Below are positions 39,444 to 48,675 of a stretch of DNA of 64,000 nucleotides, in pieces; position 1 is the stretch's first letter, and each line of letters begins with the position of its first letter. The stretch lies in NCBI GenBank assembly GCA_002483085.1, contig DLHF01000072.1:28310-92309 (forward strand), given 5' to 3'. The position numbers were made by a program, and so were the translations under genes. This DNA comes from Ignavibacteria bacterium UBA7675. GTDB lineage: Bacteria > Bacteroidota > Ignavibacteria > Kapaibacteriales > UB7675. Under the pieces are notes generated by a model. It did not search any database and was not told the DNA's origin. It worked only from the letters and a program-made list of their open reading frames with translations.

Positions 39444-39477
39444 AACCCTGCGAGACTGCTCGCGGGGTTTGTCGTTT
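39444..39477 (+). terminator. Probable intrinsic terminator
   Basis: aaccctgcgag / ctcgcggggtt stem (one G-U pair) with a 4 nt loop, followed by tttgtcgttt. Confidence 0.5.
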
Positions 39478-39536
39478 ATAAGCCGTAGAGACGCCTTTGC
39501 AGGCATCGACGGAATATAGAGCAGAACACGGGATTC

Positions 39537-40406
39537 TTACAGAATAAGAGCGGCAAGTGCGATAAGCATGGCAGTAATGGCAAGGCCAATGGAGATCGTT
39601 CGGAGCGTGGCGATGTTTTTTTCTAATCCTTTTACTTTGTCGCGCAGTTGTTCTACTTCGCGGCGACCGGCGTAGGCACCGAGCGAAGCATCTATCGCTG
39701 GCAGGGGGGCTGCGTGAGTTGCAATTGTATGCTGAGCCTGAATTGAAAGCTGGGCGTTGAACAGCTTGGTTTCTATACGGTGCTCAGCTTCTTCGATCAT
39801 GGTCGTTACAATCTTTGTAGTCTCGTCAACGATGTATTTCGTTTCGGTGACTTTATTCTTAAACTGGTCGATATCGTCCTGCACAAGCCGCATCTCGCGT
39901 CGATGCAGATCGAGCAGGCCGACCAGCTTATTATCGAGCACCCGAATATCATCTTTTATCTGCTGGAACTGCAAAGCAACTCGGGTCTCGAAGTGATGAT
40001 AGCTTTCCTCGGCAATGCGTTTTATCTGATTTTCGCTTGTCCTGATAATTTTTTCAATTTCCTTTTTCTGTGTTTGGAGCACCGAGCTGAGCTCTTGAAG
40101 CGAAGCGCGAGTCTGCTCTATAGTACTCAACTGGTCGTAGAGCGCATTCAGAGTAGAAGCCTTGTGTTCGAGGGTGGAAAGTGCGCTTCGCATGGTGTCA
40201 TCGACTTTCCGGAGGCTCTCTTGTCCGGCAGCATGCACAAAATCACACTCTTCGCGCACCCGTTCTCCCTGGGTCGCAGTAGTGCGTGCAAGCGTATCAA
40301 GCTCTACCATGAGGCGCCCGTAGTCGCGAGCCTGCTCGCGTATCTTATCGAACAGCCCGGCAACTTCTGCGCTTATGGATTTGGATGTAGACTCGCCTGT
40401 TGACAT
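39537..40406 (-). CDS. Tail-anchored coiled-coil protein (hypothetical)
   Basis: About 260 aa of heptad-like, charged helical sequence, ending in a single TM segment (ISIGLAITAMLIALAALIL). Confidence 0.5.
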   Translation of the reverse strand: MSTGESTSKSISAEVAGLFDKIREQARDYGRLMVELDTLARTTATQGERVREECDFVHAAGQESLRKVDDTMRSALSTLEHKASTLNALYDQLSTIEQTRASLQELSSVLQTQKKEIEKIIRTSENQIKRIAEESYHHFETRVALQFQQIKDDIRVLDNKLVGLLDLHRREMRLVQDDIDQFKNKVTETKYIVDETTKIVTTMIEEAEHRIETKLFNAQLSIQAQHTIATHAAPLPAIDASLGAYAGRREVEQLRDKVKGLEKNIATLRTISIGLAITAMLIALAALIL

Positions 40407-40672
40407 AATTTTACATATTCTATAAAGAAGCTAAGACTTTCGCACATCTTTTCTAGCAAATACCGTTCTACCTGAGGTATAACTTCGGATGAACTACTGT
40501 AAAGCGCATCGATGATATGGCGCTGGTATTTTTCGTCCCAGTCAAAGCGCCTGCTCATATATTCTTCCAGAAAGGGTGCGAGTTCCCCTATCTCGGCAAG
40601 CTCATCAAAGATTGTGGAAAACGAGAGCTGCTCCTTTTGCTCAATGTTTGAGGAGTTCTGTTCGTCATTCAT
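40373..40672 (-). CDS. Small acidic hypothetical protein (99 aa)
   Basis: The ORF overlaps the downstream coiled-coil gene by 34 nt. No family was recognised. Confidence 0.4.
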   Translation of the reverse strand: MNDEQNSSNIEQKEQLSFSTIFDELAEIGELAPFLEEYMSRRFDWDEKYQRHIIDALYSSSSEVIPQVERYLLEKMCESLSFFIEYVKLCQQASLHPNP

Positions 40673-40823
40673 ACGGCGGATTCTAAAACCAGCAAGGCAT
40701 AATATAAGGAAATCCGTTTTTTATCCGGTAAAGTGCCGAGATCAGCCTAACAGGTTATCGGTTGTTTAGATTAATTCTTGAAAAAACCTCCATTTAGAGG
40801 TATTTTCTCTGTACAAAGTGAGC

Positions 40824-43031
40824 ATGAACACGGATAGTATAGCTATGAAAGACTCGACAATAGACAGCAAATTAAAAGGACTGCTGGAAGATTGTCGCAA
40901 TAATCTCCCCCGGGTAGACGAGAAATTGATCACCCGGGCATTCCATTTTTGCATAGACGCCCACGGCAAGGATTTGCGTGCTTCGGGCGAGCCATTCTTT
41001 TTTCACCCCATCGAAGTAGCGCGGATTGTAGCGCGCGAAATACCGCTGGACGATATATCGGTAGCCGCAGCACTGCTGCACGACGTGGTGGAAGACACCG
41101 AGTACACCCTGCGCGATATAAAAGAAGAGTTTGGAGAGGTGGTCGCTAATATCGTAGATGGTGCCACCAAAATCACCGATGTCTTCAAAAGCCATGAGGT
41201 GACACAGGCAGCCAGCTATCGCAAGCTACTGCTTTCGATGGCAAACGACGTGCGCGTTATCCTTATCAAATTTGCCGACCGCCTGCACAATATGCGCACG
41301 CTTCAGTACCTTTCGCCGGAGCGGCAAAAGCGCATGGCGCGGGAAACCGTAGAAATCTACGCCCCCTTTGCCCATCGCTTTGGTTTGGGAAATATCAAAT
41401 GGGAGCTCGAAGACCTCTCATTTAAGTATTTGAACAGGCCAGCCTACGACGAGATTAAAAATTCGCTCAATACAAAGCGCGAAGAGCGGGAAAAATATAT
41501 TCGCAAATTTTCTACGCCTATCGAGCAGCGCTTACAGGAAAACGGTATCCGATTCGAGATCAGTGGGCGGGCTAAGCACCTCTACTCGATTTACAACAAG
41601 GTGATGAATCGCGCCAAAAGCCTTGATGAAATCTACGACCTCTTTGCTGTGCGTATTATTCTCGACACCGACAATGTCAACGATTGTTTTGTGGCCTATG
41701 GTATCGCGTCCGATATTTATACACCTGTACCAGAACGGTTCAAAAACTACATTTCGGTTCCGAAGAAAAACGGCTACCAGTCGCTTCACACGACTGTCGT
41801 AGGCCCCGAAGGTAAAAAAGTAGAAGTGCAAATCCGTACCCGCAAAATGCACGAAGTGGCCGAGCGAGGCGTTGCAGCGCATTTTCGCTACAAAGAAGAC
41901 GCTAACAGCTCGTATGTAGAAGACCGCGAATTAGAGGAATGGGCTAGCTGGGTACGCGATATATTTGAGAACGCAGGCGATGAAGCTCCCGAGCAGTTGT
42001 ACGAGAGCTTTAAGCTCAATCTGTACCAAGATGAGATATATGTGTTTACGCCCAAGGGCGACCTGCGTATTCTGCCCAAAAATGCCACACCTGTAGACTT
42101 TGCTTTTGAGATTCACTCCAAGGTGGGCTACCACTGCATCGGCGCAAAGGTCAATGGCAAAATTGTTCCGCTCGACTACAAGCTGCAAAGCGGCGATCAG
42201 GCAGAAATTTTGACCTCGAAAAACCAGACACCGAACAAAGACTGGGATCGGTTTGCAGTAACACACAAAGCGAAATCGCAGATACGCAAATTTCTGAAGG
42301 AAGAAAAACGGCAGAAGCAAGAAGAAGGCCGCGAACTCTGGCAGCGCAAAGCACGCAAGCAAAAGCTGCATATCAACGAAGACGAGCTGGAAAAGCTCAC
42401 CCATTCGCTGAAGTTCGAGAACCGTACAGACTTCTACTACGCTTTGGGTAGTGGTGCGCTTGATGTTGATACAGCCGCTGCAATGATTGAAGAACGGCTC
42501 AGCAACAACTCTACAAAATCGGGTATCGCAACCGAATCCGTTACCTTTAACTCCTTTGCCAATACCGCGCGTACCGAGGCCAATGGCATCAGCATCGTAG
42601 GTAATAATTCCTCTATCCTCTACTCCTACGCCCGCTGCTGCAACCCAGTCCCCGGCGATGATATCCTCGGCATCGTAACAGTGGGAAGTGGCGTAAAAAT
42701 CCATCGGCGCTCCTGCCGAAATATCCGCTCGATGCTCGACACGATGCGCCCGCGTATTATCGACGTAGAATGGTCGTCGGCTGAAAAAGGCGACTTTATG
42801 GCGGCTATACGGATTACCGGCGAGGACAGACCGGCTATGCTGAATGATATTACTTCAGCTATTGTGTCGTACAACAACACAAATATCCGCAGTGTAAACA
42901 TCGACTCGTTCGACTCTGTGTTCGAGGGTGTGGTAACTGTATATGTAAAAAATACCGAGCATCTCGACCGCGTATTTGACAAGCTGCGGAAAATACGAGG
43001 TGTAGAAAATGTCGAGCGATTTGAAGAATAA
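40824..43031 (+). CDS. rel: Bifunctional (p)ppGpp synthetase/hydrolase (RelA/SpoT homolog)
   Basis: HD hydrolase motif (HDVVEDT) and a synthetase domain (YQSLHTTV), followed by TGS and ACT-like C-terminal domains. A GTG at 40818 is an alternative start. Confidence 0.9.
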   Translation: MNTDSIAMKDSTIDSKLKGLLEDCRNNLPRVDEKLITRAFHFCIDAHGKDLRASGEPFFFHPIEVARIVAREIPLDDISVAAALLHDVVEDTEYTLRDIKEEFGEVVANIVDGATKITDVFKSHEVTQAASYRKLLLSMANDVRVILIKFADRLHNMRTLQYLSPERQKRMARETVEIYAPFAHRFGLGNIKWELEDLSFKYLNRPAYDEIKNSLNTKREEREKYIRKFSTPIEQRLQENGIRFEISGRAKHLYSIYNKVMNRAKSLDEIYDLFAVRIILDTDNVNDCFVAYGIASDIYTPVPERFKNYISVPKKNGYQSLHTTVVGPEGKKVEVQIRTRKMHEVAERGVAAHFRYKEDANSSYVEDRELEEWASWVRDIFENAGDEAPEQLYESFKLNLYQDEIYVFTPKGDLRILPKNATPVDFAFEIHSKVGYHCIGAKVNGKIVPLDYKLQSGDQAEILTSKNQTPNKDWDRFAVTHKAKSQIRKFLKEEKRQKQEEGRELWQRKARKQKLHINEDELEKLTHSLKFENRTDFYYALGSGALDVDTAAAMIEERLSNNSTKSGIATESVTFNSFANTARTEANGISIVGNNSSILYSYARCCNPVPGDDILGIVTVGSGVKIHRRSCRNIRSMLDTMRPRIIDVEWSSAEKGDFMAAIRITGEDRPAMLNDITSAIVSYNNTNIRSVNIDSFDSVFEGVVTVYVKNTEHLDRVFDKLRKIRGVENVERFEE

Positions 43032-43143
43032 TGGCTCTCTTCTTGGGCTGCTGTAAGCACTTGGTTTCTTCGGCGGGAAACTTCTGTAGTCGTTAGGTTG
43101 TTCTACACTCGTCTTCTCAACAAACTACAGGCGAGGGTTTTCT

Positions 43144-43632
43144 ATGCAAGGTTGGTCCCAACGCCACAACATTGGTGCACTGCTGGCAATAGCCGCATGC
43201 GTATTTCTTACAGGTTTTATCGGTGCACAGTTCACGAGCACATCGGTGAATTCTTGGTACACTACGATCCAGAAGCCGTCGTGGAACCCGCCATCATGGG
43301 TATTTGGCCCAGTGTGGACAGCACTATACATCCTGATCGCTGTATCTGGGTGGCTGCTGTGGCGCAGGAGAGCCGCTCCTCTGGCACGTACTGCACTTAT
43401 TCTATTTGCAATTCAGCTCGCGCTCAATACATTGTGGTCGGCGTTGTTCTTTGGTATGCAAAGCCCGGGGCTCGCGGCAGTGGAAATTACTCTGCTTTGG
43501 CTTGCTATTGGAGCATATATTGCGACAGCATTTCGCACCAATCGCACAGCCGCTTGGCTCTTTATTCCGTACTGGCTGTGGGTAAGTTTTGCAGCAGTTC
43601 TCAATTTTACTATCTTTTTTCTCAATTCATAA
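43144..43632 (+). CDS. tspO: TspO/MBR tryptophan-rich sensory protein (CrtK-like)
   Basis: 162 aa with 5 TM segments. WYTTIQKPSWNPPSWVFGPVWTALY is the hallmark TspO motif. Confidence 0.85.
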   Translation: MQGWSQRHNIGALLAIAACVFLTGFIGAQFTSTSVNSWYTTIQKPSWNPPSWVFGPVWTALYILIAVSGWLLWRRRAAPLARTALILFAIQLALNTLWSALFFGMQSPGLAAVEITLLWLAIGAYIATAFRTNRTAAWLFIPYWLWVSFAAVLNFTIFFLNS

Positions 43633-43664
43633 TAGCTCCATGCTGGAAGCGATGCGATAGCCCC

Positions 43665-44258
43665 ATGAAGAGAACCGCTTTTATTTCCTTGTTTCTGATA
43701 GTGCTCTGCACTGTATCTCTGCTCTATGGCAATAATAGCAACAACACAGATACAGAAAGCATGCTGCGCCAAGCCCGCATGCTATTCTACCGATCTGTGG
43801 AAGATGAGAAGTATATCAGCAGAGCCGAGGCTGCATTCCGCAAGCTCATGGACCACAATAAACAGCTCCAAGGCAGAGCCATAACGTATCTCGGCGCTCT
43901 GACAGCGATCAAAGGCAAACACGCCTTCTGGCCACACGATAAATGGGATCTTGCCAATGAGGGTATCGAACTCATGGACAAGGGTATTGCTATGGCTCCG
44001 AATGATGTCGAATCGCTGTTTATTCACGGTAGTACATGCTATTACTTGCCGTTTTTCTTCCACCGTGCCGACGACGCCCAGAGGAAATTTCGCAAGATTG
44101 TACAGTTGCTGCCCCACCAAGAAATGGAGTATGATGTAGAAATGCTGCACAATGTTGTCGATTTTATTGAAACAAATGCCGAACTCAGCGAAGCCGAGCA
44201 GCAACAGATCAGCAGCCTGCGCCGGAAACTCGCTACCCGCAGAACACCCGAAGGATAA
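43665..44258 (+). CDS. Hypothetical secreted helical protein
   Basis: MKRTAFISLFLIVLCTVSLLYG signal-like N-terminus followed by a helical repeat-like body. The track ORF 43098..44258 is open upstream only by chance and overlaps tspO in another frame. Confidence 0.55.
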   Translation: MKRTAFISLFLIVLCTVSLLYGNNSNNTDTESMLRQARMLFYRSVEDEKYISRAEAAFRKLMDHNKQLQGRAITYLGALTAIKGKHAFWPHDKWDLANEGIELMDKGIAMAPNDVESLFIHGSTCYYLPFFFHRADDAQRKFRKIVQLLPHQEMEYDVEMLHNVVDFIETNAELSEAEQQQISSLRRKLATRRTPEG

Positions 44259-44324
44259 ATAGCAGCGGGAATAAAGAATTTCTGCTTACAACTGTGCTGT
44301 ATGCCCAATAGATAAGTGTTAGCT

Positions 44325-45005
44325 ATGAACATCGAGTATCTGCTGTTGAACATTCTCATCCTCGCTGGTCCGATGGCGCTGAGCTTCGAACCAAGGATAC
44401 GGTTTGCTTCAAAATGGCGGCGCGTCCTCGCTTCGATCCTGCCACCTGCTTTGCTTTTTATTATCTGGGACAGCAATGTCACCAATCACCATTGGTTTTT
44501 CAATCCATCCTACACACTCGACATGCGGCTGCTCGGACTTCCAATCGAGGAATGGATGTTTTTTATTACAGTGCCCTACGCCTCGCTGTTTGTGTGGGAA
44601 AATATACAACTGTACCTGCTCCACCGCAGAGTGAAATGGCTGGCAGCTCTGCGATTTCTGCTCCTAGGAGCCTTACCGCTTGGGCTTGTGCTCTATGGCA
44701 GTGGCCCTGAGTACACAGCTCTTGCGCTGATAGCAATGGGCGGCTGCGCTCTGCTCGACCGCGCTCTGCACACCGATATTTTTCTGGATGTGCGCTACTA
44801 TGTATTCCTCGCAGTTACAACGATACTGATCCTCCTGTTCAACGGCTACCTTACAGCGCGCCCTGTAGTGCAATACGCTACTCAATACCAGCTCGACTAC
44901 CGCATCATTACCATACCTATAGAAGATTTTTTGTACGGCTATGCCCTGCTTACTGCGGCAGTCGTCTTGTATGAAGCATGGAAGAAAACGGAGAATCATG
45001 GCTAA
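44325..45005 (+). CDS. crtYcd: Lycopene cyclase domain protein (fused CrtYc/CrtYd type)
   Basis: About 226 aa polytopic membrane protein with two repeats of the lycopene-cyclase-domain pattern (…PIEEWMFFITVPYASLFVWE… / …IPIEDFLYGYALLTAAV…). Confidence 0.75.
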   Translation: MNIEYLLLNILILAGPMALSFEPRIRFASKWRRVLASILPPALLFIIWDSNVTNHHWFFNPSYTLDMRLLGLPIEEWMFFITVPYASLFVWENIQLYLLHRRVKWLAALRFLLLGALPLGLVLYGSGPEYTALALIAMGGCALLDRALHTDIFLDVRYYVFLAVTTILILLFNGYLTARPVVQYATQYQLDYRIITIPIEDFLYGYALLTAAVVLYEAWKKTENHG

Positions 45006-46476
45006 AACGATTGCAGTGATTGGAGCAGGATTAGGCGGCTTGAGTGCTGCTGTGCGGCTCGCCCACAAGGGATACCGTGTACGCTTGTTTGAGCGCAACA
45101 GTACAGTCGGTGGCAAAATGAATATCCGCCTTGCCGGTGGCTACCGCTTCGACACTGGCCCCTCGCTGCTTACCATGCCATTTGTCGTCGACGAGTTGTT
45201 TGCTTCCTCGGGATTTCGCCGCGAAGACTTTTTTGAGGTTCTTCCCATCGACCCAATTTGCCGGTATTTTTACCCCGACGGCACTGTGCTCGATACCCAT
45301 GCAGATACCGAACGAATGATGCAAGCGCTCGCGGTAATATCGCCCCGCGATGCCGATGCCTATAAGCAGTTCCTGAAGTATGCCCAGCGCATCTACGACA
45401 CGACTGCCGAGGTATTCCTCTTTACGCCAATTCACGAATGGAAAGAACTGCTTCGAGCGCGCTATCTGCCTACCCTGTTCGGCCTACGCCATATCGACGC
45501 ATTGCGTACAGTACACCGCAGCGTGTCGTCTTTCTTCAGCGACCCGCGTATCGTCCAGCTTTTCGACCGTTATGCTACCTACAATGGTTCTGATCCCTTC
45601 CGCGCACCCGCTACGCTCAATATCATTCCATATGTAGAATATGGATTAGGCGGCTACTACATACGCGGAGGAATGTACCGGCTTGTGGACGCACTAGTGG
45701 AAATTGCCGTCCGGCTCGGCGTGGAAATCTACACAAATGCCGCTGTGGAGCGCATTCTGCACAATAATGGCCGTGCGACAGGAGTATTAACAGATGGTCA
45801 GCCCATCGCCGCTGATGCAGTGATCTGCAATGCAGATGTCGTAGTAGCTCACAGCGAGCTGCTTGATATTCCACAGCGTGCAGAAAAACTCCGGGCACTC
45901 GAACCATCCATTTCCGGCATGGTCTTCCTCTGGGGAGTGCAAAAAAGTCATGCGGGGCTCGCACATCATAATATTATTTTTTCCAGCGACTACAGGCGGG
46001 AATTCACACAAATATTCGACCAGCACGCGGCGCCAGACGACCCTACGATATACATATCTATCACCGCAAAAACAGATCCTGACCACGCGCCTCCCGGCTG
46101 CGAGAACTGGTTTGTGCTGGTCAATATGCCTTACCTTGCACAGGGACAGGACTGGGCAACAATCGTGGCAACAATGCGAGCAACTGTTCTGGCCAAACTA
46201 CAACAAAACGGACTCGACATAGAAGAGCATATAGCACAGGAAGAAGTATTTACACCCGAGGACTTTTTCTCATTGTACGGAAGCAATCGCGGCAGCATTT
46301 ACGGGATTTCTTCCAACAGCCGGATGACAGCATTCAAGCGCCCGTCCAACCGCAGCAGAGACATTGCGGGATTGTTTTTTGCAGGTGGCTCTACCCATCC
46401 CGGCGGTGGCGTTCCCCTCGTATTGCTTTCCGGCAGCATGGCTGCCGACATGGCGAATACATACTGCACACTATAG
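44998..46476 (+). CDS. Phytoene-desaturase-family FAD oxidoreductase, CrtD-like (candidate 3,4-desaturase)
   Basis: Dinucleotide fold IAVIGAGLGGLSAAVRLAHKGYRVRLFE and a C-terminal FFAGGSTHPGGGVP motif. It is the second CrtI paralog in the cluster and overlaps crtYcd by 8 nt. Confidence 0.8.
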   Translation: MAKTIAVIGAGLGGLSAAVRLAHKGYRVRLFERNSTVGGKMNIRLAGGYRFDTGPSLLTMPFVVDELFASSGFRREDFFEVLPIDPICRYFYPDGTVLDTHADTERMMQALAVISPRDADAYKQFLKYAQRIYDTTAEVFLFTPIHEWKELLRARYLPTLFGLRHIDALRTVHRSVSSFFSDPRIVQLFDRYATYNGSDPFRAPATLNIIPYVEYGLGGYYIRGGMYRLVDALVEIAVRLGVEIYTNAAVERILHNNGRATGVLTDGQPIAADAVICNADVVVAHSELLDIPQRAEKLRALEPSISGMVFLWGVQKSHAGLAHHNIIFSSDYRREFTQIFDQHAAPDDPTIYISITAKTDPDHAPPGCENWFVLVNMPYLAQGQDWATIVATMRATVLAKLQQNGLDIEEHIAQEEVFTPEDFFSLYGSNRGSIYGISSNSRMTAFKRPSNRSRDIAGLFFAGGSTHPGGGVPLVLLSGSMAADMANTYCTL

Positions 46477-46538
46477 TGCGCGGATAGCGCATGCTTTGCA
46501 GCAGAACCATACCGCAAGTGCAGCACACCGCCCCATCC

Positions 46539-46601
46539 ATAGATAATTCCTACCATTCAGTAGATGATTCCTACCGTTCCGTAGATGATTCCGGCTGTTC
46601 A
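46539..46601. repeat. 3 x 21 bp tandem direct repeat
   Basis: atagataattcctaccattca / gtagatgattcctaccgttcc / gtagatgattccggctgttca. Confidence 0.8.
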
Positions 46602-46775
46602 CTCAGCGGCAGTTGGAGAGGAATTGTGCAGCAGCTATACTGCACCTGCTCTTTTACTGGCAATCCCCCCCATTACACAAGGATAGAAGAACTCCCACTC
46701 TTGTGTGGCACAGGCGCTTCTACAGTTGTTTATATGGATAAAATTTACGGGAATGCTTGCTTCTAAACGCGGCCG

Positions 46776-46880
46776 ACGTCCTCGCATTTGTTACCGTAGG
46801 AACGGTGCGAGGACGAGCTTACGATAACTGCGACAGGTGACAGCGACTACACGGGCGCAACAGCGATGCCTGTGCTACAG
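46776..46880 (+). repeat. Three-box intergenic repeat, copy 6 (partial: hairpin + box2 + box3-like)
   Basis: Hairpin gtcctcgca (46778-46786) / tgcgaggac (46806-46814), tgcgacaggtgacagcg at 46829-46845, and gcctgtgctaca at about 46868-46879 (22 nt gap). Confidence 0.6.
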
Positions 46881-46901
46881 AAATACGCAAGTGAATGTAC
46901 T

Positions 46902-46939
46902 AAAAAAACAGAGCGGACAACTAACGCCGCCCGCTCTGT
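46902..46939 (-). terminator. Intrinsic terminator closing the small-protein array
   Basis: On the minus strand: acagagcgg...ccgctctgt stem followed by T7 (A-run 46902-46908 on the plus strand). Confidence 0.65.
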
Positions 46940-47000
46940 TCAAACAGGTAATTAATAGGTCATGAATGGAAAACCTGCAAGGGATGGTACCGAGGTGTTT

Positions 47001-47321
47001 CTATATAGTAAACACAGCTCTACCAGTTGTAACAACGAGTCTGTTCGGCGGATTCGGCGGCGGCACCGGGCCGTTAAATCCGATGGCATACATTAGACCT
47101 TGGTAGATCACGCCTGTCACCACACAGCCTACGGGAATGGGCACATTAATCACAGTATTAGGCAAAAGGTTAAAAGGCCCGATCGGACCACAGCTTGTAG
47201 AAATGAACACATTGTTCACTACGACCGGAGTGCTATTACCGAGATAATACGCATGTGCTTCTTCGGTTGTACCAACCAAAGTCACAACAATAGCAAAAAT
47301 AAGACCGATAAGAATTTTCAT
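47001..47321 (-). CDS. Small secreted PPPN-motif protein, type A (2 Cys), copy A1
   Basis: Signal peptide MKILIGLIFAIVVTLVGTTEEAHA. Mature protein: YYLGNSTP...SCGPIGPFNL...GCVVTG...GPVPPPNPPNRL. GGGGAA SD-like box upstream. Confidence 0.8.
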   Translation of the reverse strand: MKILIGLIFAIVVTLVGTTEEAHAYYLGNSTPVVVNNVFISTSCGPIGPFNLLPNTVINVPIPVGCVVTGVIYQGLMYAIGFNGPVPPPNPPNRLVVTTGRAVFTI

Positions 47322-47392
47322 AATGGATTCCCCAAAATAAAGAATGTATAAAAAAGGAATAGAGAACTACATTTGGACAAGCGCGGAAGTAT

Positions 47393-47716
47393 TTATAAGA
47401 ATACTGCTCTTGCAGGCGTTACGATCAGTCTATTGGGCGGATTCGGAGGAGGTGCCGGACCATCGTACCCAACCGGGAAAAACATCATTTGGTAGATAAT
47501 ACCAGTTACTGTACAAACGGCTGGAATCGCCACCGGCGTTACAGTACCAGCGGGCAGATTATACGGACCAAATGGTCCACAGGAAGTTTGTATATACACA
47601 CCTGCTACGGCAGCGGGGCTACTATTGCCCAGATAGTATGTAATTGCTTTTGCTTCGGTTGCAGCACCAAGCACCACAAGAAGAATAGCACAGACAAGCC
47701 CACTAATAAATTTCAT
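47393..47716 (-). CDS. Small secreted PPPN-motif protein, type A, copy A2
   Basis: Signal ...GAATEAKA, then YYLGNSSP...SCGPFGPYNLP...VCTVTG...GPAPPPNPPNRL. AGGAG upstream. Confidence 0.8.
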   Translation of the reverse strand: MKFISGLVCAILLVVLGAATEAKAITYYLGNSSPAAVAGVYIQTSCGPFGPYNLPAGTVTPVAIPAVCTVTGIIYQMMFFPVGYDGPAPPPNPPNRLIVTPARAVFL

Positions 47717-47762
47717 ATGAACTCCTACACGATAGAACTATAAAAAAGATTTTGCGACACAT

Positions 47763-47788
47763 GGCTCGATGTATTCGAGCCTTTTTCC
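47763..47788 (+). terminator. Orphan plus-strand hairpin + T-run inside the minus-strand array
   Basis: ggctcga (47763-47769) / tcgagcc (47775-47781) followed by ttttt. No plus-strand gene lies upstream closer than crtD-like. Confidence 0.35.
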
Positions 47789-47800
47789 TCTATGGAGCTG

Positions 47801-48154
47801 TTATTGAATTTCTGCACTGTCTATGCCAAACACACCAAACACAAGGAAGTTCGGGGGATTCGGCGGAACAATTGGTACAACCGTACCGGCGGGCTGAACT
47901 GGATAGAGATTGCCATTGACATCGATATCGGTGACAAAACATCCAGCGGGTACTGGCCATGTAAAGCACTGGCCGGGAACAAGCAGCATAGGGCACGGTG
48001 CAAGAGTTGTGCTTATGCCACCGCAGTCGGCGATCAGGCACACATTAACTGCAACCGGGCTGCTATTGCATATAGTATAATTTTGCGCCTTTACAGCAGC
48101 CGAGCCGAACACGGCAAAGAGCATGGCGCAGAGAAGAGCACTGAAAAATTTCAT
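47801..48154 (-). CDS. Small secreted PPPN-motif protein, intermediate type (6 Cys), copy C1
   Basis: From the internal Met at 48154: MKFFSALLCAMLFAVFGSAAVKA | QNYTICNSSP...DCGG...APCP...QCFTWPVPAGCFVT...PPNPPNFL. The track ORF extends to 48400 and overlaps the next gene. Confidence 0.75.
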   Translation of the reverse strand: MKFFSALLCAMLFAVFGSAAVKAQNYTICNSSPVAVNVCLIADCGGISTTLAPCPMLLVPGQCFTWPVPAGCFVTDIDVNGNLYPVQPAGTVVPIVPPNPPNFLVFGVFGIDSAEIQ

Positions 48155-48210
48155 GATATAATCCTGATAAAAATTATACAAAGAAAAGAACTCATTCAGC
48201 CACAGAGCTG

Positions 48211-48564
48211 TTAGTTTGAAATATCTGCTCCGTTCAAGCCAAAACATATCCTGTTTGGAGGATTTGGAGGTGCAAGCGGTAGACAAACGCCAGGAGCTTG
48301 AATTGGATAGAGCGTACCATTGACACGAACAGCTACCGGAGCACATCCCACAGGTACAGTCCAGGTTTGTCCTACCCCCGTAGCAAGCGACACGGAGCAT
48401 GGAGCAAGTAGAGAAAGGATACCGCCGCAGTTAATTTGCAGACAAACACTAACAGTAGTACCGGGACTGGAATTCCAGACCGTATAAGGAGTTTGTGCCT
48501 GCGTGCTCGACGAGCCGAGCACAGCAAAGAACAGAGTGCAGAGAAGACTGATAAAAATCTTCAT
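48211..48564 (-). CDS. Small secreted PPPN-motif protein, intermediate type (6 Cys), copy C2
   Basis: MKIFISLLCTLFFAVLGSSSTQA | QTPYTVWNSSP...NCGG...APCS...VGCAPV...APPNPPNRICF. An alternative start lies 3 codons upstream at 48573. Confidence 0.75.
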   Translation of the reverse strand: MKIFISLLCTLFFAVLGSSSTQAQTPYTVWNSSPGTTVSVCLQINCGGILSLLAPCSVSLATGVGQTWTVPVGCAPVAVRVNGTLYPIQAPGVCLPLAPPNPPNRICFGLNGADISN

Positions 48565-48675
48565 AGAATACATACAACTAAAGATGAAAAAATGACACTA
48601 TGCCACATAGACAGACTGGTTCTCCACAAAAGAAGCACACATACGATCTCTATGTGAGCTATAAACACCCGAACA

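Noticed and set aside
43098-44258. A 386 aa ORF spanning tspO and the downstream hypothetical gene.
   Set aside because: Its first 189 codons overlap the clearly real TspO gene (43144-43632) in another frame and read as nonsense. A signal-peptide-like Met (MKRTAF...) at 43665 gives a sensible start right after the tspO stop.
46491-46766. A 91 aa ORF containing the 21 bp repeats as a heptad-repeat peptide.
   Set aside because: It has no RBS-like sequence, an odd composition and no homolog in the window, so it is better explained as non-coding tandem repeats. The call is low-confidence, and the ORF is also mentioned in the findings.
47801-48400. N-terminally extended track ORFs for array genes: 199 aa at 47801-48400, 139 aa at 50621-51040 and 137 aa at 51455-51868.
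   Set aside because: The extensions are Cys/Arg-rich and not shared between paralogs, and one overlaps the neighbouring gene. Internal Mets give MK[FLI][FL]... signal peptides that align across all nine copies and are preceded by SD-like boxes.
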